Positions 35,508 to 45,262 of a DNA stretch of 64,000 nucleotides are shown piece after piece. This DNA comes from an uncultured Gammaproteobacteria bacterium (GTDB lineage: Bacteria > Patescibacteriota > Patescibacteriia > Magasanikbacterales > UBA922). The stretch covers positions 420 to 64,419 of the forward strand of contig CAYSXR010000006.1 of assembly GCA_964435035.1 (NCBI GenBank), in the 5' to 3' direction. Each line of letters opens with the position of its first letter. Position 1 is the first letter of the stretch. The notes under the pieces were generated by a model. That model ran no database searches. It was not told the origin of the DNA and worked only from the letters and a program-made list of their open reading frames with translations. A program made the position numbers and the translations under genes.

Positions 35508-36344
35508 ATGAAGAAAGTTCGTAAAGGTGTAATCACTGTTGCAGGCTTAGGCACGCGGTTTCTTCCTGCTACCAAAGCCATGCCAAAAGAAATGTTGCCG
35601 GTACTTGATAAACCAGTACTTCAATATATTGTAGAAGAAATGGTAGCAAGTGGAATCACTGAAATTATTTTTGTTACTAGTTCACAAAAGCGGGCGATAG
35701 AAGATCATTTTGATCGAGATCGTGATTTTGAAGCATATCTGGAAAGCCAGGGAAAACTCGACCGTATACAATCTCTCATAGATCTAAGTGAAAAAGTACG
35801 ATTTTTTTATACCAGACAAGCTGAACCACGAGGTAACGGACATGCATTATTGTGCGCAAAAGAGTTTGTTGGAGATGAACCATTCGCATTTTCAGATGGA
35901 GATAGTATTATTGATGCCAAAACTCCGGTAATAAAGCAGCTGTTAGATATTTTTTATAAAAAGAAAGCTTCGGTAATCGGTGTTCAAAAAATGGAAGATA
36001 CCGAAGAAATGAGAAAGTACGGTAATGTATATGGGAAGCCGCTGGGGAAAGGTGTCTATCGAGTAAATGAATTTCGTGAAAAACCTCCTCTCGATGGAGT
36101 TTCTCCTATGGGTCTGATTGTAGGCGGAATGCGCTATATTTTCACCAATGATATTTGGAAAATTCTTGATTCTCAAGGAGAAGGAAAAGATGGGGAAATT
36201 TGGCTCTCAGACGCAGCAAATACACTAGCCTCAAAAAAGAAATTTTTTGCGTATGAATATGAGGGAGAATATTTTGATACGGGAAATAAAATAGCGTTAC
36301 TGAAAACTGCAATTCATTTTGCCGAGAAAGAGGGTTTACTCTGA
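35508..36344 (+). CDS. galU: UTP--glucose-1-phosphate uridylyltransferase
   Basis: AGLGTRFLPATKAMPKEMLP, AIEDHFD, GEIWLSDA. Confidence 0.93.
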   Translation: MKKVRKGVITVAGLGTRFLPATKAMPKEMLPVLDKPVLQYIVEEMVASGITEIIFVTSSQKRAIEDHFDRDRDFEAYLESQGKLDRIQSLIDLSEKVRFFYTRQAEPRGNGHALLCAKEFVGDEPFAFSDGDSIIDAKTPVIKQLLDIFYKKKASVIGVQKMEDTEEMRKYGNVYGKPLGKGVYRVNEFREKPPLDGVSPMGLIVGGMRYIFTNDIWKILDSQGEGKDGEIWLSDAANTLASKKKFFAYEYEGEYFDTGNKIALLKTAIHFAEKEGLL

Positions 36345-36369
36345 TTCGACCTTACACCTTTTAGATAAT

Positions 36370-37110
36370 ATGAAAAAATGGAAGTGGATATTGATTATAC
36401 TATTAGGAATTTTTGTTACAGGTGGAGCCCCTCATGTGAATGCTCAGATTGGGGAGGCGTGTACAGCTCCACAAGACTGTATTGATCCTGGACTTGAGTG
36501 CATCAATGGTTTCTGTGCGGTGCCTGCAGTGGCAGGAGGTGTGGCGTGTTATCTGGCAAGTAGTAAAACCTGTAGTCAGGCAGAAGCATCAATAGATTTT
36601 TGTATCTCACCCAATCAAAGATTTGATTCGGTATCACTCTGTGAGACATATAGACAAGAACAAAACGCACAAAACACGTATCCGATCGGAGCATGTCGGT
36701 GTGGAAATCAATGTATAAAATATGGGGAAAGTGGTCCAGGGGGGAGTACTGTGACACCTGGGAATTGTGGGACGTGTACGGAAAAAGCAAGTTTTGAAAA
36801 ATGTATTGAAGAAGTGACTCGTGAATCATCATCGTCTACACCACTCTCAGAATATGCGGACCAACTCAATAAACTCAAAGTTGATAATGTACAAGATCTG
36901 ATTGGAATTATTGTTCGAGGAGTCATGGGAGTCATTGGAACTGTTGCATTAGTAATGATGCTCTATGGGGGTATTACCTGGATGACAGCGCGAGGAAATT
37001 CAGAGAGTACGCAGAAAGCTCGTGAGACAATACTATGGGCAGGTCTAGGAATTGTGTTAATTTTTGCAAGTTACGCCCTAGTGGATTTCGTGTTCGAGAT
37101 ATTTCGATAG
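36370..37110 (+). CDS. VirB2/T4SS-type pilin-domain protein with Cys-rich N-domain (array 1)
   Basis: Signal peptide, many Cys, C-terminal YGGITWMTARGNSE..KA...I.WA..G..I.FASY. Confidence 0.8.
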   Translation: MKKWKWILIILLGIFVTGGAPHVNAQIGEACTAPQDCIDPGLECINGFCAVPAVAGGVACYLASSKTCSQAEASIDFCISPNQRFDSVSLCETYRQEQNAQNTYPIGACRCGNQCIKYGESGPGGSTVTPGNCGTCTEKASFEKCIEEVTRESSSSTPLSEYADQLNKLKVDNVQDLIGIIVRGVMGVIGTVALVMMLYGGITWMTARGNSESTQKARETILWAGLGIVLIFASYALVDFVFEIFR

Positions 37111-37222
37111 TTTTCTGGTGGTCTGGTTTACTAGTTTTCTAGTAAAAGAGAAAAATGGTGGTTATAACCAGATAACTAGACAACAAGTCCTGCCTGCCGG
37201 CAGGCAGGAAACTAGAAAACTA
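37108..37222. repeat. CTRGTTNN octamer inverted element with CCTGCCTGCCGGCAGGCAGG insert
   Basis: Octamer arms in both orientations; palindrome at 37189-37208. Confidence 0.8.
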
Positions 37223-37229
37223 AAATTTT

Positions 37230-38606
37230 ATGAAAAAACGAATTCTCATCTCTCTATTAATGATCATGGTTCTAACTATATCCGGTTTTGGTTGCAAAGG
37301 TTTAACTGTACAAGAACAGTCAGCTGTCAAAGGAGTTACTTTGAACTATTGGACCGTATTTAATGATGTGAATGAACTGAAGAAATATGCAGCAGAATAC
37401 AAAGCAATGCGTCCACAAGTAACGATCAACATTCGTCAGGTTCGATACGAAGAATTTGATACCTTGTTTACCAATGCGCTGGCAGATGACGTGGGTCCCG
37501 ATGTTGTGTCTATGCATGTTCGTTGGCTTCGTAAAAATCAGAATAGATTGTCTGCGGCACCTGCGAGTGTGCAGGTACCTCGTTTGATAGAAAAAAATAA
37601 ATATACCAAAGAAAAGGCTGTAGTAATCGATACGGTACCATTGCCTCGAGAGCGGGATATTCGAAATGAGTATGTGCAGTCGGTACACAAGGACGCCGTA
37701 ATCGATGGGCAAATTTATGGATTCCCGATTGCATTTGATTCTCTAGCATTATTTTACAATCAGACACTGCTCGATCGAGCAGGAATTGCCGAGGCGCCTA
37801 CTACCTGGGAAGAATTTGTGGAGGCCGTACAAAAAACTACCAAATTTAATTCAACTCTTGATATCACTCAGTCAGGGGTAGCGCTGGGTACTTCGAATAA
37901 TATTGATAATTTTTTTGACATTGTTTCACTCTTTATGATGCAGAGTGGTGTCATTCCCGTAAGTCAGAATTCAGTTACTTTCGCCGCGGGTGTTGACCGT
38001 GCGCAGGATCGATCACACCCGATGCTCCGTGCGCTAGATTTCTATACCGGATTTGCACGTGCTACTGCTGATCGATATAGCTGGAATGAGAAACAACAAA
38101 ATGCATTTGATGAATTTGTACGAGGGAAAAGTGCCTTTTTCCTAGGGTTTGCCTATGATTATCCACGGATCAAAGAACGGGCACCACAGCTGGATATCCA
38201 GATTACAACCGTACCACAACTGAATCCAAGTTCACCTTCCAATGTTGCAAACTATTGGCTCGAATCAGTAGTAAAGAAATCAAAATACCAGAATGAAGCA
38301 TGGGATTTTGTACGGTTTATTAGTTCAAAAGAAAAAGTAAAAACCTATACAGCAGCGACCTTTAGACCAAGTCCATACCGAGAGCAGATTGCAGAGCAGC
38401 AAAAGGATGAAACGATGGAGCCTTTTGCAACACAGGCACTTTTTGCTGATAATTGGTATCGAGGTCGGGAAAGTGATATTGCAGTTTCAACCATGAAAGA
38501 TTTGATTACCGAATTTTTGAGACCAGGAAATACTGATCAGGAAGTGCTCAAAAAAGATAAGACGGTGATTTTGAATGGTGCCGCAAAGATTCAACAAACG
38601 TATTAA
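37230..38606 (+). CDS. Extracellular solute-binding lipoprotein (family 1, sugar-type)
   Basis: SGFG|C lipobox, IYGFP...D.LALFYN..L, PTTWEE, EAWDFVRF. Confidence 0.88.
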   Translation: MKKRILISLLMIMVLTISGFGCKGLTVQEQSAVKGVTLNYWTVFNDVNELKKYAAEYKAMRPQVTINIRQVRYEEFDTLFTNALADDVGPDVVSMHVRWLRKNQNRLSAAPASVQVPRLIEKNKYTKEKAVVIDTVPLPRERDIRNEYVQSVHKDAVIDGQIYGFPIAFDSLALFYNQTLLDRAGIAEAPTTWEEFVEAVQKTTKFNSTLDITQSGVALGTSNNIDNFFDIVSLFMMQSGVIPVSQNSVTFAAGVDRAQDRSHPMLRALDFYTGFARATADRYSWNEKQQNAFDEFVRGKSAFFLGFAYDYPRIKERAPQLDIQITTVPQLNPSSPSNVANYWLESVVKKSKYQNEAWDFVRFISSKEKVKTYTAATFRPSPYREQIAEQQKDETMEPFATQALFADNWYRGRESDIAVSTMKDLITEFLRPGNTDQEVLKKDKTVILNGAAKIQQTY

Positions 38607-38610
38607 ACAT

Positions 38611-39729
38611 ATGGTTCGATTTTTGAAATATACCTTACTAACTTTTGTCTGCATAAGCGCTTCATTATTTGCGTCAGGAGTGCAGGCTGCAGATCCGCCA
38701 CTTGGAGATTTCAAATGTCCGATGTTTGCCGTAGAAGGTAAAAAATTATCAATTTTTTTATTAACAAGTATTGAGAGCGAAGACACGGTAGAAGTACCTC
38801 CGAGTAATCGATTTTTTTGTGTTGAAACAAGTGTTGATGCTACTACAGTGACCTGGGGAGATTTGACCAAAGGAAAAGATAGAAATGGAGCAATTGCAAT
38901 ATACCCTCAGTGGGGTAGTGGTGGAGCTGATGTGCGACCACAATATTTTACCACCTGTTTACTAGATAGTAGTGATAAATGGCATGATACCGGAGTAGGA
39001 GCTGATGTTAAGCCATCTGATCAAATATATAGCTTAAGTAAGACTGCATCACATTGTGATAAATCAAATGCTAGGTTACGGTATTATCTAAATGAATTAG
39101 TGGGTTCTCCTGAACTGTATTTGTATTATATTAAGCCAGCTCTCCCAGGTGAACAGCAGGAAAATCCAATTGCGGCATGTGAAGCGTCTAGAGGTACAAG
39201 TAAACAAGCCTGTGAAGCAAATTCAAAGTGTTTTTGGTCCATTCCTAACCTTTGTCTGGCAAAAGCTGATCCGGGAATAGATTGTACGAAGTTATCATTA
39301 ACGGAATGTTCCGCTGCAAATTATTGCACATCAGAAAATAATAAATGTGTAAAGAAAACAACTCAGGTGGAGGTGTCAAAAGCGATTGATCAGTATATTG
39401 AGGATCGGTATTCCAAGCCAAAAGACTATACAGGACCGCTACCCAAATGCGCATTTACTGGTTCATGTCGCAACGTAGAAGATTTGGTTCAAGTAGGTGT
39501 AAATGTGGCAACTTGGCTATTTGGTATTATCGCAGGTCTTGGATTTGCTTTCTTTGTGTATGGTGGGCTCACCATGGTTTTATCATTTGGAAATTCAGAA
39601 AAAGTGGGACAAGGAAAACAAATATTGGTGGCAGCAACGGTTGGTATGATCATCGCATTTTCAGCATATGTATTGGTGAGTTTTGTGGTAAAAGCGATCG
39701 GAATAAATCCTAATTTAGCACCGTTTTAA
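38611..39729 (+). CDS. VirB2-type pilin-domain protein with large Cys-rich N-domain (array 2)
   Basis: C-terminal YGGLTMVLSFGNSEKVGQGKQILVAATVG..I.FSAY. Confidence 0.8.
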   Translation: MVRFLKYTLLTFVCISASLFASGVQAADPPLGDFKCPMFAVEGKKLSIFLLTSIESEDTVEVPPSNRFFCVETSVDATTVTWGDLTKGKDRNGAIAIYPQWGSGGADVRPQYFTTCLLDSSDKWHDTGVGADVKPSDQIYSLSKTASHCDKSNARLRYYLNELVGSPELYLYYIKPALPGEQQENPIAACEASRGTSKQACEANSKCFWSIPNLCLAKADPGIDCTKLSLTECSAANYCTSENNKCVKKTTQVEVSKAIDQYIEDRYSKPKDYTGPLPKCAFTGSCRNVEDLVQVGVNVATWLFGIIAGLGFAFFVYGGLTMVLSFGNSEKVGQGKQILVAATVGMIIAFSAYVLVSFVVKAIGINPNLAPF

Positions 39730-39734
39730 TTCGT

Positions 39735-40130
39735 ATGAAAAATAGGACAAAGTTATTAGTCGGGATTATAATAATTATGTTTGGCACTCTCATAAGTGCT
39801 AGTAATTTTCAATTAGCTTTGGCCTCAAGTACACCAACGATTGGTTGCCGTGAAGGGCAGGATTGTGTATCACTTACTAATCCCCTTAATGAAACAGATA
39901 TTAAAAAGATTATTGGAAATAGTATTGGGGTTATCATGGGGATTGCTGGCTCAATCACCTTCGTAGTATTCGTATACGGGGGCCTCCTCTGGCTCACCTC
40001 AGCAGGAAATTCTGAAAGGATTCAGAAGGGTTTGCAAGCTATGCTCTGGGCTGGGATTGGAATTATTGTGATTTTCAGTAGCTATGCTATAATTACGTTG
40101 ATTTTAACGACATTACAAGCATCGCCGTAA
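39735..40130 (+). CDS. VirB2-type pilin (array 3)
   Basis: LTNPL, YGGLLWLTSAGNSERI.KG. Confidence 0.85.
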   Translation: MKNRTKLLVGIIIIMFGTLISASNFQLALASSTPTIGCREGQDCVSLTNPLNETDIKKIIGNSIGVIMGIAGSITFVVFVYGGLLWLTSAGNSERIQKGLQAMLWAGIGIIVIFSSYAIITLILTTLQASP

Positions 40131-40286
40131 GTGAGAACGGAAGAAAGTGAAAATAAAGTGTTTCTTTAACTATAAAATTGAAGATTATAATCTTTACTCT
40201 CAGCTGTGAAATAAGATTCATGAGCTGGTGGTCCAATGTAAGTACAACGTTATGCAAAACTTGCAATTGAAGGGGGGTGAGGAAGT

Positions 40287-40727
40287 ATGAAAAACATACA
40301 AGCAAAATTACTAAAGCATAGAAATATCGTGCTTGGTATTGTAGCTTTTGTAAGCGTGTTTGCATTCGCACCGGTACAGGTAGCACTAGCGACAACGCCG
40401 CCACCTGCATCAGCAGCAGATCCAGATAACTTCGGTCTTAACCCTTTGGATAGTTTAACGATCCAAACCGATACAAAAGATGCACGAGAAGTGATTATTG
40501 ATATCATCAATCTCGCGTTAACGTTTCTTGGTTTGATCGCTGTTATTTTGATCCTCTGGGGTGGTTTCAAGTGGATGACCGCTGGAGGAAACGACGAGAA
40601 TGTAGAAGCAGCGAAAAAGATTATTATTGCTGCAGTGATTGGTCTCGCGATCATTCTATCTGCATACGCAATTGCTAATTTCTTTATCAGTTCCATTGGA
40701 ACAGCTGTAGATGTAGATCTTACGTAG
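40287..40727 (+). CDS. VirB2-type pilin (array 4, probable major subunit)
   Basis: WGGFKWMTAGGNDENVEAAKKII; strong SD AAGGGGGGTGA. Confidence 0.88.
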   Translation: MKNIQAKLLKHRNIVLGIVAFVSVFAFAPVQVALATTPPPASAADPDNFGLNPLDSLTIQTDTKDAREVIIDIINLALTFLGLIAVILILWGGFKWMTAGGNDENVEAAKKIIIAAVIGLAIILSAYAIANFFISSIGTAVDVDLT

Positions 40728-40819
40728 TTGTTTGCTGGCGCCCCTCCGGGTGTCAGAGCTTTCACTGGTCAAAAAATTTTCGGGTGGCCAGGTTAGCTTT
40801 GACTCTCATACATTCATAT

Positions 40820-41275
40820 ATGAATAACAAGTTGATTCTCGCAACTCTCTTCTCAGGTATTTTTTTTGCTCTGACCGTAGCTTTATTTCCGGTAAAATCT
40901 CTGGCACAAGGTTGCGATGGGCAACAGGGCGAGGGTGACCTCCTCGGACTCGATTGTGCAGGAACACAGTATTCAGGGCTGAGTGCGGAAGATCCACGTA
41001 TTATTACTGTGCGTATTATCAATTTCGCCTTGAGTCTATTAGGAATAGTTGCAATAATTATCATCCTATATGCGGGCTTCACCTGGATGACGGCGGGGGG
41101 AAATGATGAGAAAGTGGGAAGTGCGAAGAAGATACTAGGTGCTGCGGTGATGGGGCTCATAATTATCTTGGCATCATACTCTATTATGAGTTTTGTATTA
41201 CGCTCTCTCTGTGAGACTATTGGTACCTCATGTGGAAATCAATACTCTTCAGGATCATCAGGCTATTCTCCATGA
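40820..41275 (+). CDS. VirB2-type pilin (array 5)
   Basis: YAGFTWMTAGGNDEKVGSAKKIL. Confidence 0.88.
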   Translation: MNNKLILATLFSGIFFALTVALFPVKSLAQGCDGQQGEGDLLGLDCAGTQYSGLSAEDPRIITVRIINFALSLLGIVAIIIILYAGFTWMTAGGNDEKVGSAKKILGAAVMGLIIILASYSIMSFVLRSLCETIGTSCGNQYSSGSSGYSP

Positions 41276-41294
41276 AATTAATCAATTTTTTCTT

Positions 41295-41864
41295 ATGAAA
41301 AAAGTGTATTTACTTATCGGTCTTATCGCAGCATTCTCAGTTTTCGCTTTCGGCACTACAGTTCTTGCTGGTGATTTTGGGCTCAAAGATACGGCACGTG
41401 CTGCAAAACTCGATACCTACGGAGATAGTGTTCCAACTATTGCAGGAAACGTGATTGGAACCCTGCTTTCGATGATTTCAGTGTTATTCTTTGTACTCGT
41501 ACTCTATGGAGGTATTCTCTGGATGACGGCACGTGGAAGCTCAGAGAATACCGAAAAAGCCTTAAATACCATTATTGCGGCGACGATTGGTATTATCATT
41601 GTTATGGGAGCATACGCCCTTACTAACTTTGTGTTTAAGCTTGGGACAAATACTGGAGGAAATAATGTTGAAACACCTGTTAGCCCCGCGTTATGTGGAA
41701 ATGGTCAAATTGATCCGGGTGAACAATGTGATGGAGATTCTGAGTGTACTAGTAGTTGTACTATTATCCCCGGTACTTCACTTTGTGGAAATGGTCAAAT
41801 TGATCCGGGTGAACAATGTGATGGAGATTCTGAGTGTACTAGTAGTTGTACTATTATCCCTTAG
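41295..41864 (+). CDS. VirB2-type pilin with two C-terminal Cys-rich repeats (array 6)
   Basis: YGGILWMTARGSSE; two copies of CGNGQIDPGEQCDGDSECTSSC. Confidence 0.88.
   Translation: MKKVYLLIGLIAAFSVFAFGTTVLAGDFGLKDTARAAKLDTYGDSVPTIAGNVIGTLLSMISVLFFVLVLYGGILWMTARGSSENTEKALNTIIAATIGIIIVMGAYALTNFVFKLGTNTGGNNVETPVSPALCGNGQIDPGEQCDGDSECTSSCTIIPGTSLCGNGQIDPGEQCDGDSECTSSCTIIP
41694..41860 (+). repeat. Perfect 77-bp direct repeat, 90-bp period
   Basis: 41694-41770 is identical to 41784-41860. Confidence 0.95.
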
Positions 41865-41883
41865 ACAAAAATTAGTTAGAATT

Positions 41884-42261
41884 ATGATCGAAGCTGTAAA
41901 AAGAAAATACAAAATTTTAACTTTAATTTTACCTCTTTTAGTACCTGGTAAAATATACGCCAAAAAAACCATCGAAGATGCTAGTTCAGCACTTGAATCC
42001 GCCGTAGGACCTACCGGACTACCACAAAACGAAATATCAACATATATTGGATCAGTCGCGCAGTGGTTGTTTGGAATATTAGGTCTTCTATTCTTTGTCC
42101 TCACGCTCTATGCAGGAATCACGTGGTTTCTCGCTCGTGGAGAAGAAGAAAAAATTACAAAATCACGTCAAACACTTATCGCAGCAGTTATTGGGTTGAT
42201 AATCACCGTGAGTGGGTATGCTATCGCCAGTTTTATTACAAATGCAATCAACTTCGGATAG
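41884..42261 (+). CDS. VirB2-type pilin (array 7)
   Basis: YAGITWFLARGEEEKITKSRQTL. Confidence 0.85.
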   Translation: MIEAVKRKYKILTLILPLLVPGKIYAKKTIEDASSALESAVGPTGLPQNEISTYIGSVAQWLFGILGLLFFVLTLYAGITWFLARGEEEKITKSRQTLIAAVIGLIITVSGYAIASFITNAINFG

Positions 42262-42276
42262 TAATTTGAACTAGTT

Positions 42277-42669
42277 ATGAAAATCATTAATACGATAAAA
42301 CAATTCTGGGTACGAGGAGTTCTTGTGTCACTCAGTATTGCTGCACTGCCAAGTCGAGCGTGGGGACAAGGAAATCTGGGTAATGCAGACGATAATCTTG
42401 AGAATCTACAAAAGGGTATTGGAGGGAATGTGCCAACCGACTTAACTGTCGTGGTAGGAAATGTGATAAAAACAGTATTGAGTCTGGTAGGTATTATATT
42501 TCTAGTGCTTACGGTCTACGCAGGATATCTCTGGATGACTGCACGTGGAGAAGACGAACAAGTGAGTAAGGCAAAAGAAATTATCAAGTCATCAATCATG
42601 GGTCTGTTTATCGTGGTATCATCATACGCAATCACCGTGTTTATTACTTCACGATTTAGTGGTCAATAA
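42277..42669 (+). CDS. VirB2-type pilin (array 8)
   Basis: YAGYLWMTARGEDEQVSKAKEII. Confidence 0.88.
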   Translation: MKIINTIKQFWVRGVLVSLSIAALPSRAWGQGNLGNADDNLENLQKGIGGNVPTDLTVVVGNVIKTVLSLVGIIFLVLTVYAGYLWMTARGEDEQVSKAKEIIKSSIMGLFIVVSSYAITVFITSRFSGQ

Positions 42670-42670
42670 T

Positions 42671-43081
42671 ATGAAAAAACTACAAACCGTTAAAATTTTT
42701 TTGTTAGCCGCTCTTCTATTTTCTGGTTTATTGGGTACTACAGTTTATGCTCAAAATCTCGGTATCGATGATGTACATAAAGCGGGGACACAGGCGGGGT
42801 TTACGCAAGCTACAGAGACCACCTTGGCGGAAAACATTGGTAGGCTGATTACCGTGCTATTTTCAGTGTTAGGGGTATTATTTACGGTACTCATTGTATA
42901 CGCTGGATATCTCTGGATGATGGCGCGAGGGGATGATGAGCAAGTTACTAAGTCAAAAAATATTATGGGTAGAGCTGTAATAGGACTCATCATTCTCATG
43001 TCAGCATATAGTATTACCCGATTTGTAGTACCACGAGTACTGGAAGGATCGGTAAATACCTCAACCACTTCTACCCCATAA
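42671..43081 (+). CDS. VirB2-type pilin (array 9)
   Basis: YAGYLWMMARGDDEQVTKSKNIM. Confidence 0.88.
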   Translation: MKKLQTVKIFLLAALLFSGLLGTTVYAQNLGIDDVHKAGTQAGFTQATETTLAENIGRLITVLFSVLGVLFTVLIVYAGYLWMMARGDDEQVTKSKNIMGRAVIGLIILMSAYSITRFVVPRVLEGSVNTSTTSTP

Positions 43082-43086
43082 AAAAT

Positions 43087-43500
43087 ATGCAAAAAATGAA
43101 AGGATTAGTTGTGCACTTACTATTTACTTCATTTCTAATCTTCGGAGTATTTGTTTTTTCATCCTCATCAGCTTTGGCGACAACTACAGGACCAGACATC
43201 ATGGGGCAACTAAATGCAGGATCACAGGCTGCTGGATATGGTACCGAAGCACAAGATATTCGTATTACTGTTGCAAAAGGAATCCAGTTACTACTGTCTT
43301 TTTTGGGTATTATTTTTGTAGTGTTAACCGTATATGCTGGTTTTCTGATCTTCACTGCAGCTGGAAATGAGGAAAATCTATCAAAAGCAAAAAAAATCAT
43401 TGGCTATGCAGTGATTGGTTTTATTATTATTCTGTCTGCATACAGTATTACCAGTTTTGTGACCAGTCGAATTGTTGCAGAAACGATGGGTCAGCAATAG
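43087..43500 (+). CDS. VirB2-type pilin (array 10)
   Basis: YAGFLIFTAAGNEENLSKAKKII. Confidence 0.88.
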   Translation: MQKMKGLVVHLLFTSFLIFGVFVFSSSSALATTTGPDIMGQLNAGSQAAGYGTEAQDIRITVAKGIQLLLSFLGIIFVVLTVYAGFLIFTAAGNEENLSKAKKIIGYAVIGFIIILSAYSITSFVTSRIVAETMGQQ

Positions 43501-43515
43501 ACTTGAAGTTTGAAT

Positions 43516-43983
43516 ATGAAAAAAATAAAAAAAATGATAGTAGGTGCTATGTTTGTACTCGGAATACTTTTTTCAAGTATGCCTAGTTTGGTGTTTGCTA
43601 CCAATCCATCGACACAGAAACCGGGGCAATTTCAAGGTTCAGAAATGGAAGAGCAACTCAATGCATTTGGTGGAGATAAAGGCGGGAAACTAACGTATAG
43701 TGATCCGAGAATAATGGTGGCAAAGCTTATCAAAACATTTTTAGGTGTGTTGGGAATTATCGCAGTTGCGCTAGCGCTCTATGCAGGGTTTGTGATAATG
43801 ACGTCTAGTGGTAATGAAGAAAAAATCGAGACGGGGAAGAAAATTTTGATGTATTGCGTAACAGGTACCGCGGTAATACTCGGGGCGTACAGTATTACGT
43901 ACTTTATATATATGGGTTTGTATGGAAGTATCAATAATCCTATAACGCCCGGATATAATGATTCATATCCTGATGAATTCTAA
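43516..43983 (+). CDS. VirB2-type pilin (array 11)
   Basis: YAGFVIMTSSGNEEKIETGKKIL. Confidence 0.88.
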   Translation: MKKIKKMIVGAMFVLGILFSSMPSLVFATNPSTQKPGQFQGSEMEEQLNAFGGDKGGKLTYSDPRIMVAKLIKTFLGVLGIIAVALALYAGFVIMTSSGNEEKIETGKKILMYCVTGTAVILGAYSITYFIYMGLYGSINNPITPGYNDSYPDEF

Positions 43984-45101
43984 GCTTTCAATTTTGAAAT
44001 AAATTCAAGTAATTGTGTACTAGACTGCACCCCTGTGTAGTCTTTTTTTGTTTTCTTTTGTGACAGGTAATGGGTCACAAGTGATACTAAGTCTTTAGTA
44101 GTTGGAGCATGGTCACCGAGATGATTTTTTTTCAAATATTCTACATTAAAATCCTCTTGTCCTGGAATTGGGTAAATAGCAATAAGTGGGACCTGAGACA
44201 CCGTGCACTCAGTAGTAGTAAGTCCTCCAGGTTTACTTATGACAACTGAGGCAAGTTTCATGAAGGAAGAGATTTCATCGGTCCAGCCTAGGGGTATATA
44301 GGTAATATGCGTTGGTGCAGTAAGCTTCGAAATACGATTAAACATTTTTTTATTTTTTCCTGTCACTGCAACTAGGGTACAAGAGGGTTTTGTGCGGGTA
44401 AATAATTCTTCAATAATATCAGAAAGTTCAATAAGGCCACTCCCACCTGAAAGAAGTAGTATGAGGGGTTTATCTTGTGGTATGTGGTATTTCGAGCGAA
44501 CCTGTTCAGCTGGTTTCGAATCATAAAATCGAGGATCAATCGGAATTCCAAATTCATGGATGTGAGTAGGAGGAATTTTATACGTCTGAACCAGCTCATC
44601 TTTCATTTCGGAGGTACTCACTACATATTCGGCAACCCCGTTAACAACCATGATAGGATGTACACCGTAGTCAGTAATAATTTGAGTAATAGGAACAACT
44701 TTACTTCGTTTTTTCATGGCGTGTACCAAAATTTCTGAAGGTAGAAAATGAGTAGTCACAATGTGGTCGGGAGCAAATTTTTCTACTTCTTGGAGAAATT
44801 CAAACGAACTGAGCATTTTGAGATAATCAGTAAGAGCGTGGTACGTTTTTATAAATACTTTATTATCAGAGATTCGGAATAATCCAGACCACACTTTAGG
44901 AAGATGGGATACGAGAAAATCATATCCTTCGACCGTAGTTTTTTTAAGTAGAGGCGTAATGTAATCGGCGATATCAATATGTCTACACTCAAGTTTAGGA
45001 AAATCAAGTTTAGCAGCATTTTCCAGTGCTTTGGCAGTTTGAGTATGTCCTGAACCAGCAGAAAGCGAAACAATAAGTATTTTTGTATGTTTGCGGACCA
45101 T
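43980..45101 (-). CDS. UgtP/MGDG-synthase-like glycosyltransferase (GT28)
   Basis: SAGSGH, VTTHFLP, ITDYGVH, FGIPI, KPGGLTTTE, PIPGQE. Confidence 0.9.
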   Translation of the reverse strand: MVRKHTKILIVSLSAGSGHTQTAKALENAAKLDFPKLECRHIDIADYITPLLKKTTVEGYDFLVSHLPKVWSGLFRISDNKVFIKTYHALTDYLKMLSSFEFLQEVEKFAPDHIVTTHFLPSEILVHAMKKRSKVVPITQIITDYGVHPIMVVNGVAEYVVSTSEMKDELVQTYKIPPTHIHEFGIPIDPRFYDSKPAEQVRSKYHIPQDKPLILLLSGGSGLIELSDIIEELFTRTKPSCTLVAVTGKNKKMFNRISKLTAPTHITYIPLGWTDEISSFMKLASVVISKPGGLTTTECTVSQVPLIAIYPIPGQEDFNVEYLKKNHLGDHAPTTKDLVSLVTHYLSQKKTKKDYTGVQSSTQLLEFISKLKA

Positions 45102-45190
45102 AGTAAATATGTGTCACTAGTATACCCGAGTTCTGTAAACAATAAAACGCCCAGATGGCGTTTATCTATATTTAGAAAGATCCCCTTAGG

Positions 45191-45262
45191 GGTGGCTAAC
45201 GGGGATCGAACCCGTGATAAAGGTACCACAAACCTCTGTGTTACCACTACACCATAGCCACC
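45191..45262 (-). tRNA. tRNA-His(GTG) with encoded G-1
   Basis: G-GTGGCTATGGTGTAGTGGTAACAC...TT-GTG-GT...GGTTCGATCCC.TAGCCAC-C. Confidence 0.93.

Noticed and set aside
41575-41883. N-terminal extension of ORF 41575-42261 with a repeated peptide
   Set aside because: It is an alternate-frame reading of the Cys-repeat duplication; the real start is probably ATG 41884
36370-43983. Diversity-generating retroelement or recombinational shuffling of the pilin array
   Set aside because: No reverse transcriptase, TR/VR pair or repeated crossover sites seen; the paralogs are highly diverged at the DNA level
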